DNA from: Perkinsus olseni
Taxonomy: Eukaryota
Direction of reading: 5' to 3'
Length of the DNA stretch: 64,000 nucleotides
Assembly: GCA_013115125.1 (NCBI GenBank)
Contig: JABANN010000092.1
Coordinates: 1-64,000 of the forward strand
Positions 58,886 to 64,000 of this stretch are shown piece by piece. How positions within the stretch are numbered: the stretch's first letter is position 1; every line of letters starts with the position of its first letter. The notes under the pieces are model-generated. The model made no database searches, was not told the DNA's origin, and was given only the letters and a program-made list of their open reading frames with translations. Made by a program: the position numbers and the translations under genes.

Positions 58886-60760
58886 ATGCGTTTTTCCTCA
58901 ACTACTGCTGCCCTGGCCGCCGTTTTAGCAGTGCCCGCGTCGGTGACTTGGGCCTGTACGACAGTGGCTGTTTCGAAAGAGGCATCCAGCACCGGTGTAG
59001 CTATGCTGGCTCATTCGGCTGATTGCTTCATTTGCGATTCTAGGGTTGCTCTGGTGCCTGCTCGCGATCACCAGGAAGGTGAGGAGCATGAAGTTTTTGG
59101 TATCAATCAACCTTATCCTAGAGCCTATAATAGACGTGCTGCCATCTACCTTCCCCCAGCCGGGAAAAATTTTACCGAGCCTAGTGCTAGAATTCCCGAG
59201 GTCCCCCGAACGTACGGTATGTGGGAGTCCAACTATCCCCTTATGAATGAAGAGGGTCTCACAGTTGGAGAATCCAGTACAAGCTCTAAGGTTCCTGGCG
59301 GCTTTGGCGTTGATCTTGCAGACCCTAAAACTGGTCAATACGGCGAGGCCAAGTTCAGTATTAAGGAGCTCATTCGGGTTGGCTTGGAGAGGTGTACAAC
59401 TGCTGAGTGCGCCATCAGAGAGATGGGCGCCACAGCTGAGAAGTACGGCTTCTACCCCGAGTCCGTTGGGGCGGGTGAATCCCTCACCGTAGCGGACACT
59501 AAGGGCTCCGCTTGGGTTTTCGACATTAGCCATGACTCTACTGGTAAGTCCGCTATTTGGGCCGCTCAGAGAGTCCCTGCTGGCCACGTGGCGGCTATTG
59601 CTAATCAGTACACCATCAAGGAGATCAAGGAGGATGAGCCTGATAACTACATGTTCTCTCCCAATGTTAAGTCGGAGGCGCTTAAGCTCGGTTTGTGGGA
59701 CGGTAAAAGCCCGTTCAGTTTTGTCGGAGCCTATGGTGTGAACACTGTGAAGCCAAGTTACACTAGCATCAGGTTGTGGGCCATTTTCAACCTAGTGGCA
59801 CCCAACTCTGGCCTGGAGTTCAACATCGACCCCTTCGAGCTGCCCTTCTCTGTACCAGCGGAGAAGTCCATCACTCGCGAGGACTTGATGAACATCTTCA
59901 GAACTAACTACGAGGACACTCCCTTCGACATGACCAACGGTATTCTGGCTGGCGTCTATCATAACCCTTACAGGATCGAAGGGGGCGATGGCCTTACTCA
60001 GGTCCCCGGTGAGTTCGCTAGGGGCATCTCTATTCCCCGTACAACGTACAGCATGCTCGGTTATCCAGACCCCGCTAACCCGGTTGTCTTCTACGGTACC
60101 GATCAGCCCAGCTCCAGTGTTTTCGTGCCGTTCCTCGCCAAGACTCTGAAGGAGGCTTCCGCCAACGATCTGGAGGGCTCTAAGAAGTTGTATTCTTCCT
60201 ATTATCAACTTGGTAACAGAGCTGACTTCAGCACCGCCCGAGATAGTGCTTGGTGGGCTTTCGATTTTGTCTCTAACTGGATGAACATGAACTACCAAAA
60301 CATGTCTGAGCAATACGTCAAGCCGGCCATCGCCGAGTGGCAGCCGAAGATGATCGCTGCGGCTGATGCTGCCACCACTACAGAGGCAATGGACGCCCAG
60401 AGCTCAGTGGTGAAGGCTTGGTGGGACTTGTCTGATAAGCTCGTTGTTCGCTACAATGACGGCTACTACAGCTTCCCTGAGTCTGACCCTGAGAAAGTTT
60501 TTTACATGGGTTATCCTGCGGACTACCTAGCGCAGATTGGCTTCAACAAGGATTATATTTACCCCAAGTACGTCCAAGCAGCTGGAACGCCATTACATGC
60601 TGATACTATGGTTGAACGTGTTGGCATGTCTTACTGGTCGGTTGCAGTGGCTGTGGTCGTGGCGCTGTTAGTGGGCGTCTTTGCTGGACGTGTGTCTACT
60701 AAAAAGCAGCGTTCTGTGGTATCCGATACTCAAAAGAGGTTATTGGCATCAGAACATTAA
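58886..60760 (+). CDS. Peptidase family C69 (dipeptidase/secernin-like) with signal peptide and C-terminal transmembrane anchor
   Basis: Signal peptide then CTTVAVSKEASSTGVAMLAHSAD (N-terminal nucleophile Cys); MNEEGLTVGES; LERCTTAECAIREMG..EKYG; WAAQRVP; C-terminal hydrophobic segment. Confidence 0.92.
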   Translation: MRFSSTTAALAAVLAVPASVTWACTTVAVSKEASSTGVAMLAHSADCFICDSRVALVPARDHQEGEEHEVFGINQPYPRAYNRRAAIYLPPAGKNFTEPSARIPEVPRTYGMWESNYPLMNEEGLTVGESSTSSKVPGGFGVDLADPKTGQYGEAKFSIKELIRVGLERCTTAECAIREMGATAEKYGFYPESVGAGESLTVADTKGSAWVFDISHDSTGKSAIWAAQRVPAGHVAAIANQYTIKEIKEDEPDNYMFSPNVKSEALKLGLWDGKSPFSFVGAYGVNTVKPSYTSIRLWAIFNLVAPNSGLEFNIDPFELPFSVPAEKSITREDLMNIFRTNYEDTPFDMTNGILAGVYHNPYRIEGGDGLTQVPGEFARGISIPRTTYSMLGYPDPANPVVFYGTDQPSSSVFVPFLAKTLKEASANDLEGSKKLYSSYYQLGNRADFSTARDSAWWAFDFVSNWMNMNYQNMSEQYVKPAIAEWQPKMIAAADAATTTEAMDAQSSVVKAWWDLSDKLVVRYNDGYYSFPESDPEKVFYMGYPADYLAQIGFNKDYIYPKYVQAAGTPLHADTMVERVGMSYWSVAVAVVVALLVGVFAGRVSTKKQRSVVSDTQKRLLASEH

Positions 60761-61451
60761 ACGACTTTTTGTTCATATTGGGGGTTTTCCTGTGATGGGC
60801 GTAGTCGTCGTCGTCAAGTCTCACTGTTCCATGAGCAGTGCCCTTCACGTAACAACCAACTGTTGCTCCTACTCAAGTTACTCACCTACTGCTGCTAAAG
60901 TTGCTACTACCACACCATCAACAACTCTGTTGACCACCGCTGCCACAGCTTGTTTCGGCTGAGAGTTTGTATTCTACTCTGTTGCTATCGTTGCTGCCTC
61001 CTAAGCGTATAGTCGCTTAATTGTAGTTACCGAAAGTTGCCAGAAAGCTGTCTAGGTCTTGCGTTGTCTTTACGTCACTGGAGTAGGGACGGTGCTGATT
61101 GAGATTAGGCGTTGGTTACTTTCCACGGTACCATGGATGCCGACAGAGGTGCGTCTTATGAGATGGTAGACGAAGTGTCGAAGATGCCTGGCGGCGTTGG
61201 AGTGGTAGTAGTGACGGCAATAGCTGCGGTCTGCAGACAATAGAAATTCTCTCAAGCCTCCTCCCGACACCGCTGCTCGCTCTATCTCAGCGAAATTGGG
61301 AACTCCTCCGCTGTGCAATAGCCCTTCCCTCGAACAGTTTTCTTGGATGTGGCTCATCAACCCCTGCTCTCTTCAGGGAGCCTTCATGTGGTACGCCTTC
61401 TGCATCATAGCGTTACTACTGGTAGTCCGACTGGCATTGGGATTGACTGAT

Positions 61452-62230
61452 ATGAACCAAGGTGAGCAGTTGCGGTGTCGTGAGTGAAGCGGAACCCCTC
61501 GATCAGCCGCCGGTCAGCAACCGCAACAGCAGCAGCAGCAGCGGGGCTCGTATCGACGGAAGAAAAAAGTCGGGAAGAGGCCCAGGAAAAAATCACCCCG
61601 TCAACGTCGCCTGTCGATAGAACTCAAGAGTGCCCTCGCCGCAGCTCTTGCTCTCCTACGATTGTTGTATGAGTCGTACAAGGCAGTTGTGTCGCGTCAC
61701 GCTCATCGAGGAACGCTGAGGGCCAAGGACAGGAGCGGGCAACGAAAGTTGACCCGAAGAAGTGAAGAGAGGGTCGAGCACGTCGATGGTGGCAAAGTGG
61801 TGGATATGGATGAGGCTAGTGATAGTTCTGTGGAGTCCGAATCAAGCACTGCTCTCGAGGGAAGGGGTGCAGCGCCCGGGGTGTCCTCGCTCAATAACGA
61901 CGTCGCCGTACAGGCAAGTGGTGATCATCATCATCATGAGACTGTGGATGGTGGATGGATAACCGTTGAGAGGCCCTACCGACGACAGCAGTCGAATGTT
62001 TCTGATAGTACATCCTGTAGCAGTAGTGGTAGAAATGCAGTTGTATTTGGACGATACAACCGAGGAGGGGGAGGGGGACGCCCCACCGGCCTATCACGTC
62101 AGCAACGCAGCACCATCAGTGGCAAGCGTGTGGCAGGGAATCAGCCTCGTAACAGTGAGTCTGGCCTGAGCCTGAGTCCTGCGGTACTACAAGAGCCAGG
62201 TAAGCCGAATCGTTCGCTTCAGCACCGGCT

Positions 62231-62264
<34 letters not shown>

Positions 62265-62698
62265 CCGAGCAGGGCTGCAGGCAGTCCACGCATTTACAGG
62301 TGATGATCCACTGAGCGGCGGAGCGATGCTCCAGTGCTACGGATGTATGATCAGGGTTGAAGAGCCCAAGGACCACCTCTCCCCGTACATGAGATACTCT
62401 TCGGAGACTACCAAGCTTGTAGACACTCGGAGGTCTTCCTCCCTTAAGGAGCTGTTATCTTCCGCAGCATCGTCGTCTCAAGTACTACGTCGACCGCTGC
62501 CGGCCTTCCTTGCGGCGGTTGTTGTTTTTTCAGGACGATATGCTACCGTATGATTCCCTGATTCTGGGGAATTCCTCTTCCACGGCCCCTAGCGAGTGTA
62601 ACCAGGTCGATGAGTCTCCGACGAGCCCATTGGAGTGCTGCCAAAGCGCCGAAGCACGGTACTGTCCTGAGTGGGTGCAGAAGCTCATAGAGGACAGC

Positions 62699-62731
<33 letters not shown>

Positions 62732-63253
62732 AGTCAAGGCCCGGGACTGGATCGTCAGGATCAGCATCAAGAACCGTCTAGACCCGAAGCGGTGGAACTC
62801 CACTCAGGCGTCCCAGAGTTCTCCCCTGCCCTCTCACTAGTTTATAAAACGCTCCAGCCCAGCGGCATTTGGGTCGGCCTCAACCATTTGGCTCGTAAGA
62901 TAGGTTATGCAGCTGGTGGGTGGGAGATGATTTGGAATCTTGCGGACGTCGGTTGGATAGAGCTCAGTGACTGTGGCCTCTACTGTCGTCTAGGCGATGC
63001 CTGGGGCTCCTATGAGGCCTTCTCGGATCCGGCAAGCACCAGCAGCAGCTCCTCTGCACCACGTGAATGTGGGGACATAGAATCCTATGCCGTGTACAGA
63101 GGGGGCAGTCTCGACTCCGAGCCTGATTGGCAGCTCTGTGACGGTGAAGAAACGTACGAGCTGCCACGGGGCCGCCAGCCCTGGCAGTGGGGCGCACCGC
63201 CACAAAGGGGCTTTGCGAACCCCCCGGCGATGGTTATTGGACTGTTGAAATAG
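61452..63253 (+). CDS. Hypothetical low-complexity protein (four exons), probably nuclear
   Basis: Phase-compatible introns at 61462-61506, 62300-62354 and about 62483-62533 link the ORFs. Basic patch RRKKKVGKRPRKK, poly-Q and poly-D. Confidence 0.65.
62232..62261 (+). repeat. (CAG)10 coding microsatellite
   Basis: Encodes Q10. Confidence 0.95.
62699..62731 (+). repeat. (GAT)11 coding microsatellite
   Basis: Encodes D11. Confidence 0.95.
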
Positions 63254-63467
63254 TGAGTATCTGAAATCTAGGGTCTTACCGTCATCATCATTACCCTTCC
63301 CTCCTGAAGTACTATGAGATAGTCGTGGATTTCCCATTGCTACGTCTACTCCGTTCTTGGTTGCTGTTACTACTGGACGAAGACTACGACGTAGTTGTCA
63401 CGCCCATTGACTTCTCGTACGTAAGCTTATTATCATGAATGTCGACTAGTTTCAATGCCCCCTCAGC

Positions 63468-63986
63468 GTGGCGTTGTACCCCTCCGTATCCTATGTCATA
63501 GGTCATGCGCCTTCAGTCCCGCTTCTAGTTCTTCCCGTCAGGATGCCCTTTACTTGTGGCCGCATCCGTCATCGCCTTCGCTGGTGGTACTCGGAAGGAA
63601 CTGTGGGCATGGACCATTGCGAGCTGGCATTGAATGTATTCTTTTTGTGCCTTCTCATTGCCTTTATAGCCCACGTTATCGCCAACCTCTTGCCAACGAT
63701 TCGGGTGGCTCTCGATACGACACTCGAAGCCTCCAAGCTCCTCGGTATCGCCGAAGGCTTGCTGTGGATCATACCAGGCTGCTTGACGTTCACTCTTGGG
63801 CTGTGCGGTATCGCTGTTATCATGTGCGGCCTCACGGTAGGAGTTCTCTTCATGAGTCGCAGGGATGAGAGAGGCTCAACCAATGATGACGAAGCTGTCG
63901 CTGGAGGACCTGGGAGGAGGGTGATGCGCGACCATCCTCCTCGTACAGTGGATCGTAAGAAAAGGAAGTCGAAGTCTCACCGGTGA
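63468..63986 (+). CDS. Hypothetical small membrane protein
   Basis: Two to three hydrophobic segments and a basic C-terminal tail. True start uncertain (ATGs at about 63543 and 63609). Confidence 0.5.
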   Translation: MALYPSVSYVIGHAPSVPLLVLPVRMPFTCGRIRHRLRWWYSEGTVGMDHCELALNVFFLCLLIAFIAHVIANLLPTIRVALDTTLEASKLLGIAEGLLWIIPGCLTFTLGLCGIAVIMCGLTVGVLFMSRRDERGSTNDDEAVAGGPGRRVMRDHPPRTVDRKKRKSKSHR

Positions 63987-64000
63987 GCTCCAAGTTGGAA

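Overview
This is eukaryotic, gene-dense nuclear DNA with many short (about 40-80 nt) GT-AG introns. It also carries flagellar genes and tightly packed same-strand gene runs. The overall style suggests an alveolate protist such as Perkinsus; this is an inference from gene structure and content, not a database result. Genes recognised from motifs: a mitochondrial-type thioredoxin, sphingosine-1-phosphate lyase, a Zc3h12/Regnase-like NYN ribonuclease-domain protein, CFAP418/C8orf37, an MFS transporter, a divergent Med14-like protein, NDP kinase, IFT140, CFAP251/WDR66, a Nup214/Nup159-like FG nucleoporin, a GT25 glycosyltransferase, two transmembrane RING-H2 ligases, a class I HDAC, POLD2 and a C69 dipeptidase, plus several hypothetical genes. 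The most interesting unexplained signals are: (1) a tandem family of small ORFs sharing an AR.RAAHVPH motif with synonymous-site divergence and a possible frameshifted third copy; (2) a roughly 575-bp TIR element with ACGCG-rich subterminal arrays; (3) a natural D-to-N change at the first catalytic site of the NYN nuclease; (4) a 28-bp-phased triple motif in a divergent promoter; (5) a 49-nt near-perfect palindrome inside a multibranch fold; (6) a recent intron-containing duplication of the nucleoporin FG block. Exon boundaries were read by eye and multi-exon gene ends are approximate.
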